Shown in pieces: positions 1 through 7,471 of a DNA stretch of 50,638 nt. The notes below the pieces were generated by a model. It had not been told where the DNA came from and searched no databases. It worked only from the letters and a program-made list of their open reading frames with translations. This DNA is from a virus. Lineage: Duplodnaviria; Caudoviricetes. Made by a program: the position numbers and the translations under genes. The stretch lies in IMG/VR virus record IMGVR_UViG_3300044617_000880, positions 1 to 50,638 of that record. One strand, 5' to 3'. The number at the start of each line of letters is the position of its first letter. Position 1 is the stretch's first letter.

Positions 1-127
1 GCCGCGGTGAACGGGCGGGCAAGAGTTGCCACTCGGGTCGACGGGTTGTAGGAAGCAATGACGCGCTCCTCCGTCACACCAAGAGTGGTGCCACCGGCAT
101 TGCTAAGAAGTCGGACAAACTGACCTG
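1..127. repeat. Terminal direct repeat, left copy (circular-assembly overlap)
   Basis: Bases 1-127 are identical to 50512-50638, and a CDS stays in frame across the join. 127 is a common assembler k-mer size. Confidence 0.95.
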
Positions 128-701
128 CATAGGCATTGTCACGGTAGTCAACAAGACCCAGGTCTGGGGTGTCGTCGAAAGTGAACAAGGTCTTGGTGGC
201 ATCAAGGGTGCCGTAGTTTGTGTAACTGCAGTAGTGGGGCAGCATGTCGCCATTCGTGGTGTACCGAACGGTCCACGTCAGGTTGGTGTATCCGGTGTTC
301 GAAAGGTTCTGCGGGAACGGCCGGAAGCAAAGCATGTTGCCTTCAATCATCCAGCCAGGACCGGTACGACTCTGCTCGTGGTCAGGACGAATGTCGTCAG
401 TCGGAAGACCATTGCTGATGAGATTACCGGTTGCGCCAGTGTACTGAACAACCTCGTGGATCTCACCAACGCAGGGAGGCAGAACGTAGCATTCCTGGTT
501 CTCAACGAAGGTAATGGTGTAGTCCAAGAGAACAGGGTTGTCAGCGCTCAGGGAGCAGCGACTCCACACGTCCACCAGAGATGGCATGACCACGTGCTGA
601 AGCAGGAACTGGTCAGTGTACTTCGAGTCGAAGTCCGGATCGTCGAGGTAGCCTCGGATACGGGCAAGGACTGTCTTGATGAATGATCGGGAGGTGTCCA
701 T
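1..701 (-). CDS. Putative head-tail adaptor, 5' part (continues at 50511-50268; 314 aa in total)
   Basis: ATG at 701 directly after the stop of 704..1258. My translation MDTSRSFIKTVLARIRGYLDDPDFDSKYTDQFLLQ...CYVLPPC...EGNMLCFRPFP is open to base 1 and joins the 50268..50588 ORF. The N-terminal helix, YxLP motif and C-terminal helices resemble podovirus adaptors. Confidence 0.65.
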   Translation of the reverse strand, partial: MDTSRSFIKTVLARIRGYLDDPDFDSKYTDQFLLQHVVMPSLVDVWSRCSLSADNPVLLDYTITFVENQECYVLPPCVGEIHEVVQYTGATGNLISNGLPTDDIRPDHEQSRTGPGWMIEGNMLCFRPFPQNLSNTGYTNLTWTVRYTTNGDMLPHYCSYTNYGTLDATKTLFTFDDTPDLGLVDYRDNAYAGQFVRLLSNAGGTTLGVTEERVIASYNPSTRVATLARPFTA

Positions 702-703
702 GG

Positions 704-1258
704 TTAGCCGCTCGTGATGATACGGCCACGAGCCAGATTAGCCAACTCTTCCTTGGCCATGGCCAAAGACTCGCCACCTTCTCGGGTGCCAATGAAAGAG
801 CTTTGTCCACTTGCCATGGCGTTGGCTTCCGCGTGCAGCCCCTTGTACCTCAGGTGCTTGGCCGAGTTCTGACGCTCAGCCATTGACTCATCGCGGATAG
901 CCTGTCGCTCTTCAGCAGCCCGGCGCATCTTCCGACGAATACCCTCGGCACCCTTGTCACACAAGATGATGCGAGCATCCAAGAACCCGCGACTGGGTCG
1001 CTCATCGTGGGGGTACGCCTCCAGTTCTTGGGCCACCTTGCCACGGATCAGCCAGTCGCACAGAACAATGTTGTCTGATTCCAGGTGGTGGTACTCAAAC
1101 AGTGTGGGGCGCTTGTAGTGCCGGCGAAGCCACAGGACAAACTCGCTATCAGGCATAACCCGATGGCGAGTAGCATCCAGAACAAGGCCCTCCCTGTGGG
1201 CTTCTTCGACGGGGTCATAGATGATCTCAATGTCAAGCGGTGCGGTCTTTTCGCTCAT
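704..1258 (-). CDS. Hypothetical protein (184 aa)
   Basis: Tightly coupled ORF (TAATG overlap upstream) with phage-typical codon use. Confidence 0.75.
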   Translation of the reverse strand: MSEKTAPLDIEIIYDPVEEAHREGLVLDATRHRVMPDSEFVLWLRRHYKRPTLFEYHHLESDNIVLCDWLIRGKVAQELEAYPHDERPSRGFLDARIILCDKGAEGIRRKMRRAAEERQAIRDESMAERQNSAKHLRYKGLHAEANAMASGQSSFIGTREGGESLAMAKEELANLARGRIITSG

Positions 1259-1422
1259 TACTTGCTCCTGCTGCGTGCCATCTTCTTGAAGGTCACAGCA
1301 AGATTGTAGCGCTTTGAGCCGGGCGGGCAGGAGGGACTACCAAACTTTCCGCCGGTGCACACACCCTCAGTGCCCCGCTTCTTGATGCCGGCAGCGACCT
1401 TGCCAATCCAGTTCTTAGCCAC
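1258..1422 (-). CDS. Small basic Cys-containing protein (54 aa), not in the ORF track
   Basis: GGAGG SD then GTG: MAKNWIGKVAAGIKKRGTEGVCTGGKFGSPSCPPGSKRYNLAVTFKKMARSRSK. Its stop overlaps the next ATG. It resembles small basic proteins common in aquatic phages. Confidence 0.8.
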   Translation of the reverse strand: MAKNWIGKVAAGIKKRGTEGVCTGGKFGSPSCPPGSKRYNLAVTFKKMARSRSK

Positions 1423-1804
1423 GGCCAAGTCCTCCAAGGGAGCGAAGGGGGTTTCTGCGCACGGCCTTCACCTTGGGGCCCGATGCGCCCTGCATTCCGA
1501 CACGAGACTTCTCAGCCTTCTTGGCCGCCAACTGAGAACTGCTCATCTCTCCACGGGTAACGGGAGTCTTGCCACTTACACGCTTGGAGGGGCGGCAATA
1601 CTCATTGCTTCCACCTGCACCGCAAGCCTTGCCGCTCTTGGTGTCCACCCACTTCTCGGCACCCCAGCGCTTCAAATTGGCGCCAGCCTGTGTCTTACGG
1701 ACCTGGCCCTTGGCCTTGCGGCACTTAGCGGTGGCCTGTGCTGCACGCGCAGACCACTTGCCGTAAGACGCCATCACCTTGTTGTAACAGGCGTCCTTAG
1801 CCAC
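1415..1804 (-). CDS. Basic protein, DUF5872-like (129 aa)
   Basis: GTG start giving MAKDACYNKV...LKRWGAEKWVD...YCRPSKRVSGKTP, a recognisable aquatic-phage motif set. The ORF-track start at 1969 overlaps the upstream gene and is unlikely. Confidence 0.7.
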   Translation of the reverse strand: MAKDACYNKVMASYGKWSARAAQATAKCRKAKGQVRKTQAGANLKRWGAEKWVDTKSGKACGAGGSNEYCRPSKRVSGKTPVTRGEMSSSQLAAKKAEKSRVGMQGASGPKVKAVRRNPLRSLGGLGRG

Positions 1805-2129
1805 GGGAGAGTCCCCCAAGAGAGCGCAAAGGGCTATATGGCCCAACAAACTTCTTGTTGCCTTGCTTAGGTACTTTTTTGACGCGGGAAGACGGAATAG
1901 AGCTAGTTGTTTTTTGAGCAGCAGTCCGCTGTGCCAGTAGATCCTTATAGAACTGGATCTTTTTTTCATCAGTTAAACGACTGGTTACCCCTTTAAATCG
2001 CGCAGGATCTCCACGCATAATACGCAGATTTTGACCTGCAATACGGGCCTCCTCTGAGGCTTGCGGTAGTTGGGCCCTTGTAATTCTCTGTGCTTTGCTA
2101 AGGGGCTTTTTAATGGGGTTGTGTTTCAT
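1797..2129 (-). CDS. Small basic hypothetical protein (110 aa)
   Basis: TAATG-coupled ORF, K/R-rich, ending PLRSLGGLSRG. Confidence 0.75.
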   Translation of the reverse strand: MKHNPIKKPLSKAQRITRAQLPQASEEARIAGQNLRIMRGDPARFKGVTSRLTDEKKIQFYKDLLAQRTAAQKTTSSIPSSRVKKVPKQGNKKFVGPYSPLRSLGGLSRG

Positions 2130-2527
2130 TAGTAGGTTCCATCTGGTACGTGGGCATCAATGGCCTCTTCCCATTTGCGCAAAAATTCTTTGCGGCTTGT
2201 TGGAGACGCAATCCGCTTAAGGGCTTCTTCCAGTCTCCGTCGAGAACCTGGGGGGTAATCAGACACCGCACCACTAAAACTTACAAGGGACTTATCACGA
2301 CCCTTAACTACTGACGAAGGTGAAGTAGCCTTGGTAAACAACTGCCTCGTTCTTGCCAAGTTTGCCTCAGTTGGAGTAAATCTCCGCTTTGGCATTGGTG
2401 TACCAGTTGGCTCTCGCATCCTCCGCACCTTTGGACTTGAGCCTGTCTTTATGGAAGAACCCAATAGATCCATAAGCTCGTCAATGAAATGTTGAACCTG
2501 AAATCTAGGGTTAATCCTGTTGGCCAT
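2129..2527 (-). CDS. Basic hypothetical protein (132 aa)
   Basis: Coupled ORF, R/K/S-rich, with AT-richer codons. Confidence 0.75.
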   Translation of the reverse strand: MANRINPRFQVQHFIDELMDLLGSSIKTGSSPKVRRMREPTGTPMPKRRFTPTEANLARTRQLFTKATSPSSVVKGRDKSLVSFSGAVSDYPPGSRRRLEEALKRIASPTSRKEFLRKWEEAIDAHVPDGTY

Positions 2528-2528
2528 G

Positions 2529-2774
2529 TCAGCACTTCCATGCCCTTCGGGCTTTACGAAGACGACTGTTTGGATCCTTTGCAGCCTTTGGCCACATCTT
2601 CATTTGACCAGCAGACCGGGCACAGAAAGAGTCACGGCGAGAGCCACCCTCAGGCTGGGGAGGCTTCAAGTTGCCACCAGTGGCCTTGTTGTAGGCACTG
2701 CGGCCAAGTTCACTAAGTCCCCCCATGGGGTTCTTGTGCTTGGCCTTGAACTGGAACTTGGGCTTGTCCGCCAT
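2529..2774 (-). CDS. DUF6321-like small basic protein (81 aa)
   Basis: KNPMGGL...GR..YN...GGNLKPPQPEGGSRRDSFCAR...DPNSRL...RAWKC matches my recollection of this widespread phage family. Confidence 0.75.
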   Translation of the reverse strand: MADKPKFQFKAKHKNPMGGLSELGRSAYNKATGGNLKPPQPEGGSRRDSFCARSAGQMKMWPKAAKDPNSRLRKARRAWKC

Positions 2775-2777
2775 GGG

Positions 2778-3020
2778 TTAGTCCATATCCATTCCAGAAC
2801 CCAGGCGGGTGTAAGGCATTGGAGACTTGCCGCGAGGAGCGCCACCTGCCTTGATTAGCATGCCCACAAGGGCCTTCAGCTGCTCAGGAGACATAGCTCG
2901 CTTGATCTTGCTACCCATGCTGCCCATGCCAACGCTCTGGCTGCGGGCCATGGGCTTCTTGGGGCCGGGCTTCTTGATACCGGCGGAGGCGTACGGATTA
3001 GGCTTAGGCATATTGGGCAT
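2778..3020 (-). CDS. Small basic M/P/K-rich protein (80 aa)
   Basis: Fills the gap between its neighbours; GGAGG lies upstream in the previous gene. Confidence 0.7.
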   Translation of the reverse strand: MPNMPKPNPYASAGIKKPGPKKPMARSQSVGMGSMGSKIKRAMSPEQLKALVGMLIKAGGAPRGKSPMPYTRLGSGMDMD

Positions 3021-3023
3021 AGG

Positions 3024-3476
3024 TCAACTCAGGGTAAGGAGGTAACGGGTGTGTTGCACGAGATCCAGCATCTCGTCGCGGAGGTTCAGGAGCGAGGTTT
3101 CCTTCTCGCCCACAGCGGAGGGGATGTCCTTGCGAAGCACGTTTTCGACGGCCATCAGCACGGACTTCACATCATTCATGATCGACAGGGTGGTGACGGT
3201 GCTAAGAATCTCACGACCCTTGACGCTAATAAAGCTTTCAATGAAACCGTCAATCTTGTCGGCCAGTCCTTCGTAAGCATGCCCCAAAGCCTTGTGCTCA
3301 GCGTACGAAGTGGTCTTCCAGTGGAGGATTGCCAGGGACTGCTGGCACTCCATGAGCTTGGCAAGGAACGACTTGCCACCACCGGAACTCTTGGCTGGGC
3401 CCTTGGGCATCAGCTTGTTCAGGGGGTTGTCATTAGACGAGTCGTACTTGCCGTCTTCTTCGTTTGTGTCGGCCAT
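3024..3476 (-). CDS. Dps/ferritin-like protein (DUF5856-like)
   Basis: LHWKTTSYAEHKALGHAYEGLADKIDGFIES...LLNLRDEML...TRYLL gives the HW-x-H-x-D-x-E four-helix Dps pattern. An acidic N-terminal extension precedes it. Confidence 0.8.
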   Translation of the reverse strand: MADTNEEDGKYDSSNDNPLNKLMPKGPAKSSGGGKSFLAKLMECQQSLAILHWKTTSYAEHKALGHAYEGLADKIDGFIESFISVKGREILSTVTTLSIMNDVKSVLMAVENVLRKDIPSAVGEKETSLLNLRDEMLDLVQHTRYLLTLS

Positions 3477-3478
3477 GG

Positions 3479-3745
3479 TCAAGCCTTTCTAAACTTTGCA
3501 AGATCAACGCCGCCACGGGCCTTGAGCATCTGAGCAACCTTGCTGGACTTAACCTTCCGATTCTGCAAGAGGTTGACCAGCTTGTTCAGCATTGAAGGAT
3601 CACTGGGGTTAAGCAACTGCTGGATATACGCAACCTGCGCAGCCCCTTGCTTACCCGTACCAAGGAAGGAGGCAACGCTCGCCTCCTTAGCTCGTCGGCG
3701 GTACTTACGATCTTCTGAATTAAGTGTACGAAGAGGATCTCGCAT
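3479..3745 (-). CDS. Small basic hypothetical protein (88 aa)
   Basis: Coupled ORF, K/R-rich, starting MRDPLRTL. Confidence 0.75.
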   Translation of the reverse strand: MRDPLRTLNSEDRKYRRRAKEASVASFLGTGKQGAAQVAYIQQLLNPSDPSMLNKLVNLLQNRKVKSSKVAQMLKARGGVDLAKFRKA

Positions 3746-3747
3746 GG

Positions 3748-4062
3748 TTAGTCCAGTTTACGTCGCCATCCCATCTGGTAAAGAGCCCTAGCAATTGATG
3801 TTGCCGTCTGATCCACTGCAGTCTCTTCCAGCTCAGGGCGTGCTGCGTGCAAGACCTCGTGAATCACGGTGTCTAGAAGGTTGGGTTCGCTGAGGGAGCG
3901 GCGGATTTCGATGAGGGGATGCCGGCCCGGTCTACGGGGTTCCCAGCATCGGCCCCAGTCCTTGCCCATGGCGGCTGCTTCGTTGAGGCGGATTCGCCAC
4001 CGGCGACCGTTGATCTTGACCTTGTAGATCAGGCGTCCATTCGGATCAACTGAGCTTCCCAT
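3748..4062 (-). CDS. Zincin-like (HExxH) small protein
   Basis: DTVIHEVLHA motif followed by an E..V helix. The start is uncertain. Confidence 0.7.
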   Translation of the reverse strand: MGSSVDPNGRLIYKVKINGRRWRIRLNEAAAMGKDWGRCWEPRRPGRHPLIEIRRSLSEPNLLDTVIHEVLHAARPELEETAVDQTATSIARALYQMGWRRKLD

Positions 4063-4796
4063 TGGCGGCCTCGATTCCGATGTGAGGGGTCGCGGACCAA
4101 GTCAATTACGGCAATGCTCGCCCCCCACATTGAAGTATCGCGGCGGCTCATCCAGCCGGGGTTGAGGGGTCCGCAGGTTCCCGCATTCATGTACCAGTAT
4201 GGAAGGGGAATGGAACGGGTGCGGTGGCACTGCGTGGGGGGAACCGGACGGTGGGTGTGGCCACGGACGAACAGGCGGTGTGCGTCGCCACCAGTTAGGT
4301 TCATAAACTGGAGGCACTCGAGTTCGTCGGAGTTCTGGCCTACGTCAAAGCCGTGGGTTAGAACGACGGGGCCGATCTCCAAGCAGCCGCGCTTGTCCTT
4401 ACGGTATGGGGTCCAGTGCCAGCGCTTGGCCTCGGACGCAAAGGGCTCCGTGCGCATGAAGTCAGCTACGTCGCGCAGGGCCTTGGGGATGCGGCGCGGG
4501 TCCTGGGAGCGGAGGTTGTCATCGTGGTTTCCCATGATGGCGTGGAAGTGGGTCCTTGTAGGAAGGACAGATCGGATGGAGGCAAGGAAGGCTGCGGCGT
4601 GTCGGTACTCGTCAAGGAGGGTGTGATCGTGTTCGTCCGGGTGGACAGAGGCTGCAGAGGCTTCGAAGATGTCGCCCAGGTGCACAAAGTGAGAAACCCC
4701 ATCCAGAGCGGACAGGGTTTCGAGCAGCCAGTGGTGGACGTTCGGGGGAGTGAAGGGAGCGTGGGTACAGCTGATTGCTGCGATGCGGGTAGGCAT
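4029..4796 (-). CDS. Calcineurin-like metallophosphoesterase
   Basis: Motifs xxCTH (D replaced by C), HLGD, GNHD, THG and GHTH; AGGAG SD. Confidence 0.88.
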   Translation of the reverse strand: MPTRIAAISCTHAPFTPPNVHHWLLETLSALDGVSHFVHLGDIFEASAASVHPDEHDHTLLDEYRHAAAFLASIRSVLPTRTHFHAIMGNHDDNLRSQDPRRIPKALRDVADFMRTEPFASEAKRWHWTPYRKDKRGCLEIGPVVLTHGFDVGQNSDELECLQFMNLTGGDAHRLFVRGHTHRPVPPTQCHRTRSIPLPYWYMNAGTCGPLNPGWMSRRDTSMWGASIAVIDLVRDPSHRNRGRQWEAQLIRMDA

Positions 4797-4828
4797 GACG
4801 TCTCCTGTACGGTGAGCGGCGTGTCCCT

Positions 4829-4854
4829 GGGGGGTGGACCGAAGTCCACCCCCC
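4829..4854 (-). terminator. Stable hairpin after the capsid gene (cUUCGg loop, no U-tract)
   Basis: The minus strand reads GGGGGGTGGAC-TTCG-GTCCACCCCCC. Confidence 0.6.
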
Positions 4855-4894
4855 GTGAGACGCCAAGGGCACCGCAGCCCTTAACAGGAGCCTA

Positions 4895-6487
4895 TTACGT
4901 AGCCGACCAGACGCGGTCGGTCGTAACGCCACTGAGTCGCATACCAGCAGCCTGGTCAGGCACGAGCTGCATACGCAGCATGCCCGGCATCTGCATGGCT
5001 TCCGTCATCAGACCACCACTCAGGATGGGGAACTTGGTGGTAGCCGTGCCGGTGAGGGCCGGGACCACAAAGTTGAACGGAACGAAGCTGTCCGCTTCGC
5101 TGAACTTCTGCACGCCCTTCGGATCCGGCGGCACGTAGCGCTTCCAGTTGGAACCGCCCTTCTTGATGCCGTACACCACGCCGTCCTCGATGTAAGTCGA
5201 GGTGTAGCCGTTGTAGGTGCGGCCTTCGAAGGTGAACTTGAAGCCCTGATCGGAGCCTTCGCTGTTCACGCTCGAGAGCTTGCCCTGACGCTCCAGGGTG
5301 TACTGACCAATCTTCTGGGCCTCGTAGCTCAGCCACACGCCGTCGCTGGCGATGAGGCAGTCGATCGTCTGGCCGTACTTGTTCTTCGCAGCATGGAAGC
5401 GACGGATGTACTGACGGAGCTTGTGCTCAGTCAGGGTACCGACGCTGCTCACGCCGAAAGACTTGAACTCAGGATGCACATTCACGTTGATGGAGTTGCC
5501 GGAGTCATACTCATCACCCAGCAGTGTGTTTGCAACGTTGAAAGTAGAACCGTTGCTGTCGCCAAACTTCAGCCAGCTGTTGATGCCTGCAATGCCGGTG
5601 AAGGCATTGCCACCCTGCAGCTTGCTGTTGGCGTAGCACAGCCAGTACGTCTGGGCCGAGCCGTCCACAGTCACTGCAGTGCCCTTGCTCACGATGCTGA
5701 TGGTCACAGTGGCCTTCAGCTCGTCAACGGCAGACACGAAGCAGTTCAGACGGGTTGCCACCGTGGGGGTACCCGCGTGCTGTTCGTCGTTACGACGATC
5801 CGTGTTGGCCTTGCCGGGGGCGCTGCTGCTGTCCTTAATCACGTCCAGACGCTGACCGACGTAGAAACGGTCGATAGCGTAGTTAGAGGGCGTGAAGGTA
5901 ACAGAAGCAACCGCACCAGCAGTGCTGGTGATGGCCGGGAAGATGAAGGACGCCGAGGACAGCGCGTAGCCCGTGTTCTGACTGGTGTACCAGTAGTTGC
6001 ACAGGGTGTGCGACAGGTTCTGGGCAAAGCCCTTCAGCTTCGGAGCGATGATGTCGCCGATGAAAGCCGGGGTGGCTTCCGCCTGCATCTCGCCCATGGT
6101 GACCGCCAGGTTGGTCAGCATGGAGCGCATGCCGATACCGAGGCGGTAGCTGTTGATGGCCGGACCCTGCAGAGCATCGGGCCAGGTCTGCGTTGCACTC
6201 TGGGTGTACAGCTTCGAGCCGACAGCCGTGGTTGCATCGCCGTACAGGGCAAAGTCGCCTGCCTGTGCGCCCTGGTCGATCACGCCGGTCAGACCGCCGC
6301 GATACAGCTTCAGGATCTTCATGTCACGACCAATCGCCGAAGCGGGGCCCACGCCCTGCGAGGTCACGACGGTGTCGCGCCAAGCGGGATCGAGGGTCGG
6401 CAGCAGCGTGTCGACGTTCTTGTTGATCAGCTCTTCGAGCTGCTGGCTATGCCGGTCGAAGAGTGAATTTGTAGGAGCAAATGCCAT
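4895..6487 (-). CDS. Major capsid protein (HK97 fold with an internal insertion domain)
   Basis: Follows portal and scaffold, has AAGGA SD, strongly C-ending codons, a double stop and a downstream hairpin. A beta-rich insert sits between the backbone helix and the GIAGINSWL motif. Confidence 0.82.
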   Translation of the reverse strand: MAFAPTNSLFDRHSQQLEELINKNVDTLLPTLDPAWRDTVVTSQGVGPASAIGRDMKILKLYRGGLTGVIDQGAQAGDFALYGDATTAVGSKLYTQSATQTWPDALQGPAINSYRLGIGMRSMLTNLAVTMGEMQAEATPAFIGDIIAPKLKGFAQNLSHTLCNYWYTSQNTGYALSSASFIFPAITSTAGAVASVTFTPSNYAIDRFYVGQRLDVIKDSSSAPGKANTDRRNDEQHAGTPTVATRLNCFVSAVDELKATVTISIVSKGTAVTVDGSAQTYWLCYANSKLQGGNAFTGIAGINSWLKFGDSNGSTFNVANTLLGDEYDSGNSINVNVHPEFKSFGVSSVGTLTEHKLRQYIRRFHAAKNKYGQTIDCLIASDGVWLSYEAQKIGQYTLERQGKLSSVNSEGSDQGFKFTFEGRTYNGYTSTYIEDGVVYGIKKGGSNWKRYVPPDPKGVQKFSEADSFVPFNFVVPALTGTATTKFPILSGGLMTEAMQMPGMLRMQLVPDQAAGMRLSGVTTDRVWSAT

Positions 6488-6519
6488 GGTTCAGTTTCCT
6501 TGTAAACGGGGTTTAAGAA

Positions 6520-7458
6520 TCAGACGCGACCGTCAGTTCCCGTATCGAGATCGGCGGCCAAACGGCTCAGTGCGTCTGTGTTGTACGCATTCAGAGCAGT
6601 TTCAATGTCGCCGGTACTCATACCCGGCTTCCACGTTGGAGCCGAGACGGGCTTACGGTTAGCAAACGCACTCGCACTGCTGTCTGTTTCCGGGGCCCGT
6701 CCCAAACGGTTGGGGTCGCCGATTACCGAGCGGTACTTCGCAAGGACTTGGTCAGTCGCCCTTGCTGCCTCTTCAGTGACCCACGCTTCTTCGAAAGTCC
6801 CTGCAGCCGCACGTCGCGCCTTGAGATTGTCCATCGCCTGCTGGCGGATGTCACGCTCAAAAGCACTACGAGCATTTGCAACGGCTTCCTTTCCGTTGAT
6901 CTCCTCGAGCTTGCTCAACATCGTACGGGCGTCCTTGTTCAAATCAAGGCCCACGACGATCTGCGAATTCATGCGACCGTTCAGCTGCTCAGCACGCATG
7001 CGATCCAGCTGCTCACGAGCAGCCTGCGCTTCCTGCTGAGCCTGCATGATGGCATTGGCCACCTGCTCTGCGCTGCCGTCATCATCGTCACCTTCCGGGG
7101 TCGTATCCACATTGTCGTTCACGTTCGTTGCTCCTTGCTGAGACTGCATCCAGTCATTGACGTAGTTGTCCACTTCTTCACCCTGATACCCCATGTCAAC
7201 CAGCAGCTGTCGGGCAGCCTGCTCCTTGACCTGGGGATCCACATCCGGACGCATCACCTTGGAGGTGGCGTCGCGGAACGAAACAAGCTTGCTGTAGTCC
7301 TGACGCAGGTACTCCAGGTTCTCTCGGGCATCCACCAGCTCCTTGATGGAAACCTCTTGTCCCCCCACGCGAACGGTGGAGTCAAGGTCAAGAGCGGGCT
7401 TGGCGGTCTCGGGTGCGGGTGTGGTGTCTGCGGTGTTGTCCTGTGTCTCGTCGGCCAT
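6520..7458 (-). CDS. Capsid scaffolding protein
   Basis: Acidic and coiled-coil; VRVGGQEVSIKEL...LRQDYSK is typical of P22/T7-like scaffolds; lies between portal and capsid. Confidence 0.75.
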   Translation of the reverse strand: MADETQDNTADTTPAPETAKPALDLDSTVRVGGQEVSIKELVDARENLEYLRQDYSKLVSFRDATSKVMRPDVDPQVKEQAARQLLVDMGYQGEEVDNYVNDWMQSQQGATNVNDNVDTTPEGDDDDGSAEQVANAIMQAQQEAQAAREQLDRMRAEQLNGRMNSQIVVGLDLNKDARTMLSKLEEINGKEAVANARSAFERDIRQQAMDNLKARRAAAGTFEEAWVTEEAARATDQVLAKYRSVIGDPNRLGRAPETDSSASAFANRKPVSAPTWKPGMSTGDIETALNAYNTDALSRLAADLDTGTDGRV

Positions 7459-7471
7459 TAGGCGTCATTCC

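Noticed and set aside
1805-1969. N-terminal extension of ORF 1415..1969
   Set aside because: It overlaps the coupled 1797..2129 gene, and the family-like sequence begins at GTG 1804.
4860-4900. Capsid read-through or frameshift extension
   Set aside because: The gene ends with tandem stops TAA TAG and no slippery sequence is evident.
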